Origin: Candidatus Gastranaerophilales bacterium
Lineage (GTDB): Bacteria > Cyanobacteriota > Vampirovibrionia > Gastranaerophilales > Gastranaerophilaceae
Reading direction: 5' to 3'
Assembly (NCBI GenBank): GCA_944326485.1
Contig: CALVED010000006.1
Coordinates: 18,944 to 82,943 of the forward strand
DNA: 64,000 nucleotides
Below, in pieces: positions 55,721 through 64,000 of this stretch. Under the pieces are notes generated by a model. It did no database searches, was not told where the DNA came from, and saw only the letters and a program-made list of their open reading frames with translations. The stretch's first letter is position 1. Each line of letters starts with the position of its first letter. The translations under genes were made by a program, and so were the position numbers.

Positions 55721-55917
55721 AATGAGTGTATAAAATGATTTTGTAAATCTTTATTTAGATTGAAATTATTTTTAAGATTTTAAATAAAATTTGTGATAAA
55801 TTTGATAGAGAAAAGAGATTAAAAAAGATACTTTGGCGGTTAGATTAATTTTATATATTTCCAAAGGTTCGGTTAATCCCAACAGTATACGATATAGAGT
55901 CAAGGAGATTTATAGGT

Positions 55918-56502
55918 ATGAGCGAATACTTGAGCAAAGAAGAAATTCGTAAATGGAGAAGCTCATTAGAACGCATTACTCTTGAGGAATATGCGGCAAG
56001 GTTAGGTAAAGTTATTCAAGAAGAAAAACATGATGATAGTTTGGTTGATAGTGTTATGTTTAGATCATTAAGTTCTATGTCTGTTGAAACTTATGCTCCT
56101 AAAACAGAAAAAATTCAAACTATAGCTTTGAAATCATTCCAAAAAGAAAAGGAAATAACCGAAAAAAGAAATATAAAACCGGTGGTAAAAAAGGAAGAAA
56201 CTCCAAAGAAAAAAGAACCGATTGAAGTTAAGAAGAAAGAATCAGTTAAAGCAAAAACTTCTGTTAAACAAGAAAAAGAAAATATAAATTATTCTTTTAA
56301 AAAATCACTTACCGCACGTGAACAACTTGTATTTGATCATTTTATGGCAAATAGAAATACTATTGTTTATGCAAAAGATTTAGCTAAAATCCTCGAACTA
56401 CCAAGAGATTATGTTTATAAATATATTAAAAATTTGAGAAGTAAATTGAATGAGGATATTCTTCAAAATGCAGACAATGGTGGTTATTTATTAAAGGTAT
56501 AG
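55918..56502 (+). CDS. OmpR/PhoB-type winged-helix DNA-binding protein without a receiver domain
   Basis: The C-terminus LTAREQLVFDHFMANRNTIVYAKDLAKIL..YVYKYIKNLRSKLNE..NGGYLLKV fits the Trans_reg_C pattern. K/E-rich linker. Confidence 0.55.
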   Translation: MSEYLSKEEIRKWRSSLERITLEEYAARLGKVIQEEKHDDSLVDSVMFRSLSSMSVETYAPKTEKIQTIALKSFQKEKEITEKRNIKPVVKKEETPKKKEPIEVKKKESVKAKTSVKQEKENINYSFKKSLTAREQLVFDHFMANRNTIVYAKDLAKILELPRDYVYKYIKNLRSKLNEDILQNADNGGYLLKV

Positions 56503-56509
56503 TTAACAG

Positions 56510-57646
56510 ATGTCAAAAGAGAAGAAAACAATAAAAGTTGCGTTTCCTCATATGGGTAATGTATATATTGCTTGGGCTTCTGCACTTAAAAAATTAGGTG
56601 TAGAGCCTTTTGTTCCTCCATATTCAAGTAAAAGAACACTTGAACTTGGTACAAAGTACAGCCCTGATTCAATATGTTTGCCATACAAGTTAATTCTTGG
56701 AAATTTTATGCAGGCGATAGAAAAAGATGTTGATTACGTTGCTATGATATCTTCTCCGGGAATTTGCCGTTTAGGTGAGTATGGACAAAGTATAAGAAAT
56801 ATATTAAAAGATTTGGGCTATGAATCTAAATATGTTGAACTTCAATTGTATGATGGGTTTAAAGGAATGTATAAATTTCTTACAGAGTTAACTGGTGTTC
56901 ATAATCCTATTATCATTATCAAATCTATTAATATAGCTGTCAGAAAGATGTTTGTTCTTGATAGAATTGAAAATTTATATTCATACTATAGAGCAAGAGA
57001 AATAAATATTGGCAGCGCAGAAAAACACTACAATAAGGCATTATCGTTAATTTTTGATGCAAGTACTACTAAAGAATTAAAAAAAGCGGAAAAAATTGCA
57101 ACAGAAGAAATAAAAAAAACAGAAATAGATAGTAAAAAAGATGTTGTAACTGTTGATATAACGGGAGAAATATTTCTTGTTCAAGATCCTTTCTCAAATC
57201 AAAATATTGAAAAGGAACTTGGGAAAATGGGAGTTCAGACAAGAAGAAGTTTAACTGTTTCAAGTTTTTTAAAAGATGCAATTATCCCTAAATGGTTTAA
57301 AAAAGGAGAAACTCATTTGGAAAGGGCATTTAGAATGGCTAAGCCATACCTAATGAGAGATATTGGAGGCGATGCTTTGGAATCTGTAAGTGATGTAGCT
57401 TATGCAAATGAGAGAGGCGTCGATGGTATTATTCATATAAGTCCATTTACTTGTATGCCTGAGATAATGTCACAAAATATTTTTCCTACAATGAGAGAAG
57501 ATTGTGAAATTCCTATTCTTACTTTAATTATGGATGAACAAACAGGGCGTGCCGGCTATATTACTAGACTTGAAGCTTTTGTTGATTTAATGAAACGTAG
57601 AAAATTTTATAAAAGAAAACAACAGTTATCTGAAAAAGTTTCTTAA
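56510..57646 (+). CDS. DUF2229-like protein (CoA-enzyme-activase-associated / 2-hydroxyacyl-CoA dehydratase-related)
   Basis: FPHMGNVYIAWASALKKLGVEPFVPP..SPDSICLPYKLILGNF and FTCMPE segments resemble the uncharacterised domain found with BcrA/HgdC-type activases. Called from memory only. Confidence 0.45.
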   Translation: MSKEKKTIKVAFPHMGNVYIAWASALKKLGVEPFVPPYSSKRTLELGTKYSPDSICLPYKLILGNFMQAIEKDVDYVAMISSPGICRLGEYGQSIRNILKDLGYESKYVELQLYDGFKGMYKFLTELTGVHNPIIIIKSINIAVRKMFVLDRIENLYSYYRAREINIGSAEKHYNKALSLIFDASTTKELKKAEKIATEEIKKTEIDSKKDVVTVDITGEIFLVQDPFSNQNIEKELGKMGVQTRRSLTVSSFLKDAIIPKWFKKGETHLERAFRMAKPYLMRDIGGDALESVSDVAYANERGVDGIIHISPFTCMPEIMSQNIFPTMREDCEIPILTLIMDEQTGRAGYITRLEAFVDLMKRRKFYKRKQQLSEKVS

Positions 57647-57649
57647 ATT

Positions 57650-57770
57650 ATCCGAGAAAAAACTCACATAAGCTGAAAGTGCAAGTGAATTTTTTAGAGT
57701 GGCGTTTTTAAAAGGTGAGTACTTCGTTCGCGAGGATGATTCGGTAACAAAGTGCGATACTGGGTTAAAT
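57650..57770 (+). repeat. family-1 repeat, short A-C copy (copy 17)
   Basis: ATCCGAGAAAAAACTCACATAAGCTGAAAGTGCAAGTGAATTTTTTAGAGTGGCGTTTTTAAAAGGTGAGTACTTCGTTCGCGAGGATGATTCGGTAACAAAGTGCGATACTGGGTTAAAT. Starts 4 nt after the upstream stop. Confidence 0.92.
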
Positions 57771-57805
57771 TTTTAAAGTTTTAAATAATATAAATTAAAA
57801 TATAT

Positions 57806-57840
57806 AGAGGCGAGAATAAAAAGATTACCGCCTCTATTAT
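57806..57840. terminator. hairpin terminator downstream of the NifX-like gene
   Basis: Stem ATAGAGGCG / CGCCTCTAT with a 16-nt loop and A/T-rich flanks. Confidence 0.55.
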
Positions 57841-57858
57841 TAAATTGTTTTATTGTAA

Positions 57859-58254
57859 TTAATGACAATGACCGCAAGAGTGTCCATTGTGATTATGATC
57901 TTCTCCATGATGTTCGTGATGATCACAATTTGCTTCACTCATTTGTATAAGATTTCCTTTTAGATAATTTTCAACAGCTTTATCCGCATCTCCTTTTATT
58001 CCTGCATATAATTCTATTCCATAATCTTTTAATGCACCGATAGCACATCCGCCTATACCGCCACATATCAATACATTTATTTTATTTTCTTCAAGAAGGT
58101 ATGCTAGGGCGCTATGTCCTAATTCATTTGATGAAACAATTTGTGTATTTATAATTTTATTATTTTCAACATCGTATACTTTGAATTCTTCTGTATGTCC
58201 AAAATGTTGAAATACTTGACCATTTTCATAAGTAACTGCAATTTTCATAATCAA
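57859..58254 (-). CDS. NifB/NifX-family (dinitrogenase FeMo-cofactor-binding-like) domain protein with a His-rich C-terminal tail
   Basis: MKIAVTYENGQVFQHFGHTEEFKVYDV is typical of this family. C-terminal CDHHEHHGEDHNHNGHSCGHCH. Confidence 0.7.
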   Translation of the reverse strand: MIMKIAVTYENGQVFQHFGHTEEFKVYDVENNKIINTQIVSSNELGHSALAYLLEENKINVLICGGIGGCAIGALKDYGIELYAGIKGDADKAVENYLKGNLIQMSEANCDHHEHHGEDHNHNGHSCGHCH

Positions 58255-58304
58255 TTCTCCTTTACTTTAATCATATCAAAAATTAAATTTAGTTCAATTA
58301 ATAT

Positions 58305-58483
58305 ATCCGAGAAAAAACTCACGACAAGCTAAGTGTGAGTGAATTTTTTTTACAAAACGAACCAAAAACTTTGTTTTTGAGTGAGCTTGTATCCATAGTG
58401 AAACGAAGGTGAGCAGAATTTTCAAAAGTGAGTACTTTGTTACCGAGAATGATTCGCTAACAAAGTGCGATACTGGATTAAAT
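58305..58483 (+). repeat. family-1 repeat, full copy with variant module-C hairpin (copy 18)
   Basis: ATCCGAGAAAAAACTCACGACAAGCTAAGTGTGAGTGAATTTTTTTTACAAAACGAACC..GTGAAACGAAGGTGAGCAG..AGTGAGTACTTTGTTACCGAGAATGATTCGCTAACAAAGTGCGATACTGGATTAAAT. Confidence 0.92.
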
Positions 58484-58708
58484 TTGACTCTGTTAAGAAA
58501 TGTAAATCACTCAAATGCACTCCTGTATTGAAATAATAAAAATAATAAAAAAAAACAAATAAATTAAGCAATTATTGAAGAAGTATATACTTTATATATA
58601 TGTAGATGATAAATTAAATAATCAAAAATAAATAATTAAAAATTTTATATTCATACTTACCTTACTTACTACCTTTACTAACACACGAGGAAATTGAAAA
58701 AAATTTCA

Positions 58709-58738
58709 GAGGAACCCTAAAAAGTTCCTTTTTTTTTG
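58709..58738 (+). terminator. orphan intrinsic terminator upstream of the TPR gene
   Basis: Stem AGGAAC / GTTCCT followed by T9. No plus-strand CDS lies upstream; the neighbouring gene is divergent. Confidence 0.6.
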
Positions 58739-58880
58739 TGCTGAAAAATAAGTGAAAAACTTGATAATTAATAAAAAAATATTAATACATTAAATAGTGT
58801 ATTTAAAATATTTGAGAAAAAGTACATACTAAGATATGTAGAATTAGATGTGGATTAAAGTGTAATTTAAGGCGGTAGAA

Positions 58881-60263
58881 TTGTACAATTCCATATATCC
58901 TAATTATGTTCAATCATATATAGGGATAAATAATAGGCAAATATCAAGAAAAAAAGATGAAGAGAAAAATTCTCAATCATCTCAAAGTGCTGAGGAAAAT
59001 GTACAAGATAGTAATAAAAATATGCAAAGAAGTATTCCATCTAAAAGAGGAGTATTTCCTAATGGTGAACAAACCGCAATAGATTATACAAAAAGAAAGA
59101 TTAATATTAATCAAGTCCTTACAGATTTTAAAAATACCGCCAATGCTATAGGAGCACCTGATGATATTAAATCTGAGGTATTTTCTTATTTAGGGTTAAT
59201 AGAAAATCAATCACAAAAAGAAAATCCCAATCCGCAGATAATACAATCTAATTTAAAAAATGCTTCACAAATATTAGATGAATATATAACAAATACATTA
59301 AAAAAACCGTCAAAAGTTGTTGAAAATTGGGTTGATGCATTATTTCTACAACAAATAGATTATAAATCACATGTAATAGCTCAAAAAGAACCGGAAATTC
59401 AGAAATTTGGAGAAGTAGAACAAGTTGAGGTTGTACCATCAGCTGTTAATTCGCAGGAAATTATTACACAAGAAGAACCGCAAAAAGACAATAATTTCTA
59501 CGTGCCAACTGATTCAAGATTAAGAAGTATGTTTATTCAAGCAAAAAAATATGCTGCAATTGATAGAAATGAACAGGCTTTGTATTCTTTTGAAAAAGTT
59601 CTTGATTATGCAGAAGAGATAGGTGATAGTCAAACGGCTGCAATTGTTCATTATGAACAAGGCAGATTGTATGATGGATTTAATAGTATAGATGATGCGT
59701 TATATAATTATGACAGGGCTATAAAACAAACATCTGATAATAACATTAAGGCAAGAGCTCATTTATCAATGGGTAAAATATATGATGATTTTGTAAAATT
59801 TCAACCTGCCGTTGAACATTATTGTGCTGCAGTATCATTTGCTGGTGAAGCTGATAATTTAAAGCTTCAGACTAAAGCGCTTGCTGATCTTACACAAGTA
59901 CATACTGACAGATATGATAAAAACAATGCTTTTATGTTTATGGATATGGCGAATACAATCGCAGATGAAACAGGAAGTAGAAAACTAATAGGTATAACTT
60001 ATACAAAGAGTGCTAAATGTTGTGAAAAATTGAATGAAAAAGCTCGCGCATTAGAATTATATGGTAAAGCTTCAGGTGAGTTTAATACTGTTCAAGATTA
60101 TGAAAATTTAGCAAAGAATTATAAAAGTGCTGCTGATATAATGTTGGGTTTTGGCAATAAAGCTAAAGCAAAGAAATTGTTATCTAAAGCATATATTGCT
60201 CTTCAAGAATGTAATAATAATGAGTTGAAACAAGAGGTTGTTGCAAGAATAACAGCTTTATAA
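58881..60263 (+). CDS. TPR-repeat protein
   Basis: The C-terminal ~250 aa contain repeated A..Y..G..Y.....A...Y..A TPR-like units (ALYSFEKVLDYAEEIGD, ALYNYDRAIKQ, AVEHYCAAVSFAGE, ALELYGKASGEF). TTG start is uncertain. Confidence 0.6.
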   Translation: MYNSIYPNYVQSYIGINNRQISRKKDEEKNSQSSQSAEENVQDSNKNMQRSIPSKRGVFPNGEQTAIDYTKRKININQVLTDFKNTANAIGAPDDIKSEVFSYLGLIENQSQKENPNPQIIQSNLKNASQILDEYITNTLKKPSKVVENWVDALFLQQIDYKSHVIAQKEPEIQKFGEVEQVEVVPSAVNSQEIITQEEPQKDNNFYVPTDSRLRSMFIQAKKYAAIDRNEQALYSFEKVLDYAEEIGDSQTAAIVHYEQGRLYDGFNSIDDALYNYDRAIKQTSDNNIKARAHLSMGKIYDDFVKFQPAVEHYCAAVSFAGEADNLKLQTKALADLTQVHTDRYDKNNAFMFMDMANTIADETGSRKLIGITYTKSAKCCEKLNEKARALELYGKASGEFNTVQDYENLAKNYKSAADIMLGFGNKAKAKKLLSKAYIALQECNNNELKQEVVARITAL

Positions 60264-60340
60264 AGTTTATAAAAAACAGTTTATAAATAGACAAACTTAC
60301 CTTTTTGTTTTATAAATAATTAATATAAAAAGGTAAAAAT

Positions 60341-61678
60341 ATGAAAATAGTTATATATGGTGCAAATGAGCTTGCTTGCTTAATAGCAGTTAAGTTATTT
60401 GAAGACCACGACATTATAATTATAGATGAAGATGCATCAAATAGTGAAAATTTTGATAAGCTTGATTTAGAATATGTTGTTGGTTCGGGCTCTAATATAA
60501 GTGTTTTAGAATCTATAGGTATAAAAGATGCAGATATTTTTATAGCTTGCAGTGATAATGACGAAGCTAATATTGTTGCTTGTTTAACAGTTACAAATAT
60601 GACAAAACTTAAAACGGTTTGTTTTGTAAGTAAGAAAGAAAATGTAGATTCTTTGTCAATGGTAAGAGGTTCTAAATATCAGAGAGAACTTATGATTGAT
60701 TACGTATTGTGGCCAGAAGAACTTATGACACAAGAAATTTTTAGAATAATAACAGTTCCAAATGCTATAGATGTTGAAAATTTTGCAAACGGTAAGGCAA
60801 GATTACTTGAGTATAGGATTGATAATACAACAAAATTTATAAATAAAAAAATAAAAGATTGTAGCTTTCCGGAAGAAACTCTTATTGTTGGTATAACAAG
60901 AGAAAATCAATTATTTATTCCTAATGGTGACACTGAATTATTATTGAACGATAAAATTATCTTTATGGGCTCGTCATACTCTTTAGACATATTAGCTAAT
61001 AAATTTTTTCAAGAAAATAATGATGTAAAACAAGTAACTATAATTGGCGGTGGAAGTGTTGGTTTAATGCTTGCTCAAAATTTAGAAAAAGCCAATATTA
61101 AAATAAAGATAATAGAATATAATTATAAACGTTGTGAAGAATTAACAGAAAATTTAAAAAATGCATTAGTATTAAATGGGGATGGTGCTAATTTTGAATT
61201 ATTAGAATCAGAAAGAGTTGCTGATTCTGATGTTGTTGTTTGTGTTACTGATAATGATGAGAAAAATTTGTTATGTTCTTTATTGGTTAAACAGTTGGGT
61301 GTTCCAAAGGTAATTACAAGAGTTTCTAAGAACGCTAATGCTAATTTATTTGAGAAAGTTGGAATAGATGTTGCAATTTCTCAAAATGGAGCAGCAATTG
61401 AAAATTTAGAAAATCACCTTATTAATACTGATATTGAAATACTTGCAACGGTTGAAAGAGGACAAGGTGAAGTTATAGAAATTTGTGTTCCTTATAATTT
61501 TAAAGCTGATATGATTATGAATTTAAATCTTCCTTGTAAGGCAATAATTGCAATAATTCAAAGAAGAAATAGAGTAATTATACCAAGGGGAACTACACAA
61601 ATTATGCCTTTTGATAATCTAATAATATTTACTACTAAAGATAATTCTGACATCATAAAGAAGTATTTTAAAAGGTGA
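60341..61678 (+). CDS. trkA: Trk potassium uptake system NAD-binding subunit (two RCK domains)
   Basis: MKIVIYGANELA and VTIIGGGSVGLMLA Rossmann motifs, each followed by a TrkA_C-like segment. Adjacent to trkH. Confidence 0.85.
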   Translation: MKIVIYGANELACLIAVKLFEDHDIIIIDEDASNSENFDKLDLEYVVGSGSNISVLESIGIKDADIFIACSDNDEANIVACLTVTNMTKLKTVCFVSKKENVDSLSMVRGSKYQRELMIDYVLWPEELMTQEIFRIITVPNAIDVENFANGKARLLEYRIDNTTKFINKKIKDCSFPEETLIVGITRENQLFIPNGDTELLLNDKIIFMGSSYSLDILANKFFQENNDVKQVTIIGGGSVGLMLAQNLEKANIKIKIIEYNYKRCEELTENLKNALVLNGDGANFELLESERVADSDVVVCVTDNDEKNLLCSLLVKQLGVPKVITRVSKNANANLFEKVGIDVAISQNGAAIENLENHLINTDIEILATVERGQGEVIEICVPYNFKADMIMNLNLPCKAIIAIIQRRNRVIIPRGTTQIMPFDNLIIFTTKDNSDIIKKYFKR

Positions 61679-61687
61679 CGATATAAT

Positions 61688-63172
61688 ATGAATTTGTTAT
61701 ATATATTAAGTATTTTAAGTATTATACTAAGATTTATGTCAATTATTATATTAATTCCTTGTCTTTGTGCTTTAATTTATCAAGATTATTTATCAATGAT
61801 ACCTTTTATAGGAACTTCAATTATATTATTATGTCTTAGCTTTCTAATAAGGAATAAAAATAGTAGCAGTGAAGACTTGAATAATATTAATAAATCTGAA
61901 GCATTTTGTATAGTTATACTTTCATGGGTTTTAATGTGTTTATTTGGAACAATACCTTTTCTTTATTTTGGATTAAATCCTATTGATGCTTTATTTGAGA
62001 GTGTTTCCGGAATAACAACAACAGGTGCTACAATTTTATCTGATTTTTCATTATATCCTAAGGCAATGTTCTTTTGGCGTTCTTTTAGCCAATGGATAGG
62101 TGGTATGGGTATATTGGTTTTGTTTACAGTTGTCTTGCCTCAATTTTCAATAGCAGGAAGACAAATGTTTTTTGCAGAATTTTCAGGTTCAAAAGATAAT
62201 AAATTGGCTCCAAGAATAAGGCAGACAGCAGCAATGTTATGGAGTATATATTTTACACTAACTTTATTAGAAATTATTATTTTAATATGCTTAAAAATGC
62301 CTGTTTTTGATGCTATTTGTACATCTTTTTCAACAATATCTGGTGGTGGTTTTTCTCCTAAAGCAGAAAGTCTTATAGCTTACGGGCAAACTAAATTTGT
62401 TTGGACAGTTGCTATATTTATGTTTTTTGCAGGTTTTAACTTTGCTCTTCAATATAAGGCTTTTGTTAAAAGAAAGATTATTTCGTTGTTTAAAGATGAT
62501 GAATTTAAATTATACTTTTTTATAGTTGTCATATTTACTTTATTTATAGCTGTGACATTAACAACCCATAACATATATGATTTTTCAAAATCATTAAGAG
62601 AAGCATTCTTTCAAGTGATGACAATAATATCAACCTCAGGCTTTGCATCGGTTGATTATGCTCAATGGAATTTAAGAGCCAAGTTGTTTTTATTTATATT
62701 GATGTTTACAGGGGCTTCTATCGGATCTGCTTCTGGTGGTGTAAAACTATTAAGATTGGTTATGATTTTTAAGTACTTAAAAAGACAAGTGGCAAAAATT
62801 CATCATCCCAATGGAGTCTATCCTATAAAAATTAACAAAGTAATAATAAGTGAAGATATAGTAAGACAAATGATGGCGTTTGTTATTTTTTATTATGGTA
62901 TTTTTGTTATAACTGCAGCATTGATAATTTTTATAGAACAAGATGCTATAACTGGTGTTTCATCCGCAATAGCTACTCTCGGTAATATTGGACCTGGTTT
63001 TGGCACTGTTGTCGGACCAATGGGGAATTATAGCTCTTTGCATATTTCTTCTAAATTAATATGTATATTTAATATGATTATAGGTCGACTTGAACTAATA
63101 CCTTTCTTAGCTTTATTACATCCTGATTTTTGGAACCTTAGGGAAATAAATAACTTGCATAAAATTAAATAA
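61688..63172 (+). CDS. trkH: Trk/Ktr-type potassium transporter membrane subunit
   Basis: Polytopic 494-aa protein with selectivity-filter-like repeats TTTGAT, SGGGFS, STSGFA and NIGPGFG. Confidence 0.85.
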   Translation: MNLLYILSILSIILRFMSIIILIPCLCALIYQDYLSMIPFIGTSIILLCLSFLIRNKNSSSEDLNNINKSEAFCIVILSWVLMCLFGTIPFLYFGLNPIDALFESVSGITTTGATILSDFSLYPKAMFFWRSFSQWIGGMGILVLFTVVLPQFSIAGRQMFFAEFSGSKDNKLAPRIRQTAAMLWSIYFTLTLLEIIILICLKMPVFDAICTSFSTISGGGFSPKAESLIAYGQTKFVWTVAIFMFFAGFNFALQYKAFVKRKIISLFKDDEFKLYFFIVVIFTLFIAVTLTTHNIYDFSKSLREAFFQVMTIISTSGFASVDYAQWNLRAKLFLFILMFTGASIGSASGGVKLLRLVMIFKYLKRQVAKIHHPNGVYPIKINKVIISEDIVRQMMAFVIFYYGIFVITAALIIFIEQDAITGVSSAIATLGNIGPGFGTVVGPMGNYSSLHISSKLICIFNMIIGRLELIPFLALLHPDFWNLREINNLHKIK

Positions 63173-63215
63173 ATATGATACAATTTTAGGGTATTATGGT
63201 AGTTTCGAGAGTAGT

Positions 63216-63884
63216 ATGTTTAGAAAAGCATTAATTTTAGGTATAATATTGCCGTTGGCTGTATTTTTTCTTAAGTTGATTGTTATTGGAATTAGCAATA
63301 TAAAAGTGGGTGAATTTAAGCCTGTTGTTGCTATTTTTTTACTTGATGTATCGGCATCAAACAGAAATTTACTTTATGAAGAACAGCAGTGTATATTAAG
63401 AATGTCTAAAAGATTAGATTCAGAAGATCACGCAAGAATATATGTAGTTACTCAGGATGCTTATGAGGTTTATGACGGAAATCCGCACAAATTATCTGCA
63501 ATGAGAGAGGCAATGAACAGACGTTCTGCTTTTGATAATTCTGCCTATGGCACTGCTTATGGTACTGCGTTGAAGAAAGCTGTCGGAGATGCATTGAGAT
63601 ATAAAGCTGATGGTTATGTACCTGCTATAGTTGTACTTGGTGACCTTGAAAATGAAGGTGCAATTAATAAACAAATTAATTGGAATACTTTGCCAAAAAA
63701 TATTAAAAATACTTTAAAATATGTTCCTGACTTATCTTTAACATTTTTATATGCTCATCCGCAAAAATTGGATGAAGTAAGACAAACATTAATTAAAGTT
63801 ATGGATGAAAATAAACTTATAATTGCTTCTGAAGAAAATGTTGAACAGGCAATGAGAAAATTTTCACAAGCAGTAGGAAGATAG
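63216..63884 (+). CDS. membrane-anchored von Willebrand factor A-like protein
   Basis: N-terminal TM segment. MIDAS-like DVSASN (DxSxS) following the beta-strand VVAIFLL. Later VVLGDLENEG. Confidence 0.5.
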   Translation: MFRKALILGIILPLAVFFLKLIVIGISNIKVGEFKPVVAIFLLDVSASNRNLLYEEQQCILRMSKRLDSEDHARIYVVTQDAYEVYDGNPHKLSAMREAMNRRSAFDNSAYGTAYGTALKKAVGDALRYKADGYVPAIVVLGDLENEGAINKQINWNTLPKNIKNTLKYVPDLSLTFLYAHPQKLDEVRQTLIKVMDENKLIIASEENVEQAMRKFSQAVGR

Positions 63885-63893
63885 AGGATAAAA

Positions 63894-64000
63894 ATGAGAG
63901 TTGTTATTGCATCAAAGGATAATGAGAAAGTTTTTAATGATTTAAATGTAATTAATATAGGAACTGCACCAAATTGTAATTATAAATTAAATCTTGATTT
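63894..64000 (+). CDS. partial ORF (runs off the window), possibly FHA-like
   Basis: The ATG at 63894 follows GAGGATAAAA. It reads MRVVIASKDNEKVFNDLNVINIGTAPNCNYKLNLD. Only 35 codons are visible. Confidence 0.3.
   Translation, partial: MRVVIASKDNEKVFNDLNVINIGTAPNCNYKLNLD

Overview
Low-GC (about 30% by eye) bacterial chromosomal window with about 60 protein genes on both strands and 2 tRNA genes. I saw no rRNA, CRISPR array, transposase or integrase. Most genes are housekeeping: ppdK, gap, glyQ, nadE, glnA, trxB, murI, rplJ-rplL, infC-rpmI-rplT, metK, rpsO, trkAH. There is also a CheW/MCP/hybrid-CheA chemotaxis cluster. Several genes point to a diderm envelope: an outer-membrane beta-barrel, a GT9 heptosyltransferase, an AMIN-domain amidase and a lytic transglycosylase. 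I cannot assign the organism from sequence alone. Three things stand out. (1) A modular ~180-bp intergenic repeat family (modules A-B-C) occurs in about 20 full, short, minimal or stub copies, roughly one per 3.5 kb. All but two copies are in the same orientation. Two of its internal hairpins are found flipped in some copies. Several copies abut or overlap gene 3' ends. (2) A minus-strand operon (33156..36442) encodes a 452-aa protein of unknown function. It is followed by five tandem paralogous small 3-TM membrane proteins, two of them a near-perfect 391-bp tandem duplication, plus a truncated sixth cassette. This layout resembles a toxin/immunity or exclusion cassette array and sits next to a UvrD-helicase/PD-(D/E)XK-nuclease fusion gene. 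(3) The tRNA-His..tRNA-Ser interval (20.6-28.5 kb) has accessory-type content: pyruvyl transferase, XRE regulator, an ORF with ADP-ribosyltransferase-like R/STx/QxE spacing, acyltransferase-3, an OM barrel, GDPD and CDF. A second repeat family lies downstream of both tRNAs, and a tRNA-Ser 3'-end duplication lies downstream of tRNA-Ser. All functional calls come from reading motifs in the translations; no database search was possible.
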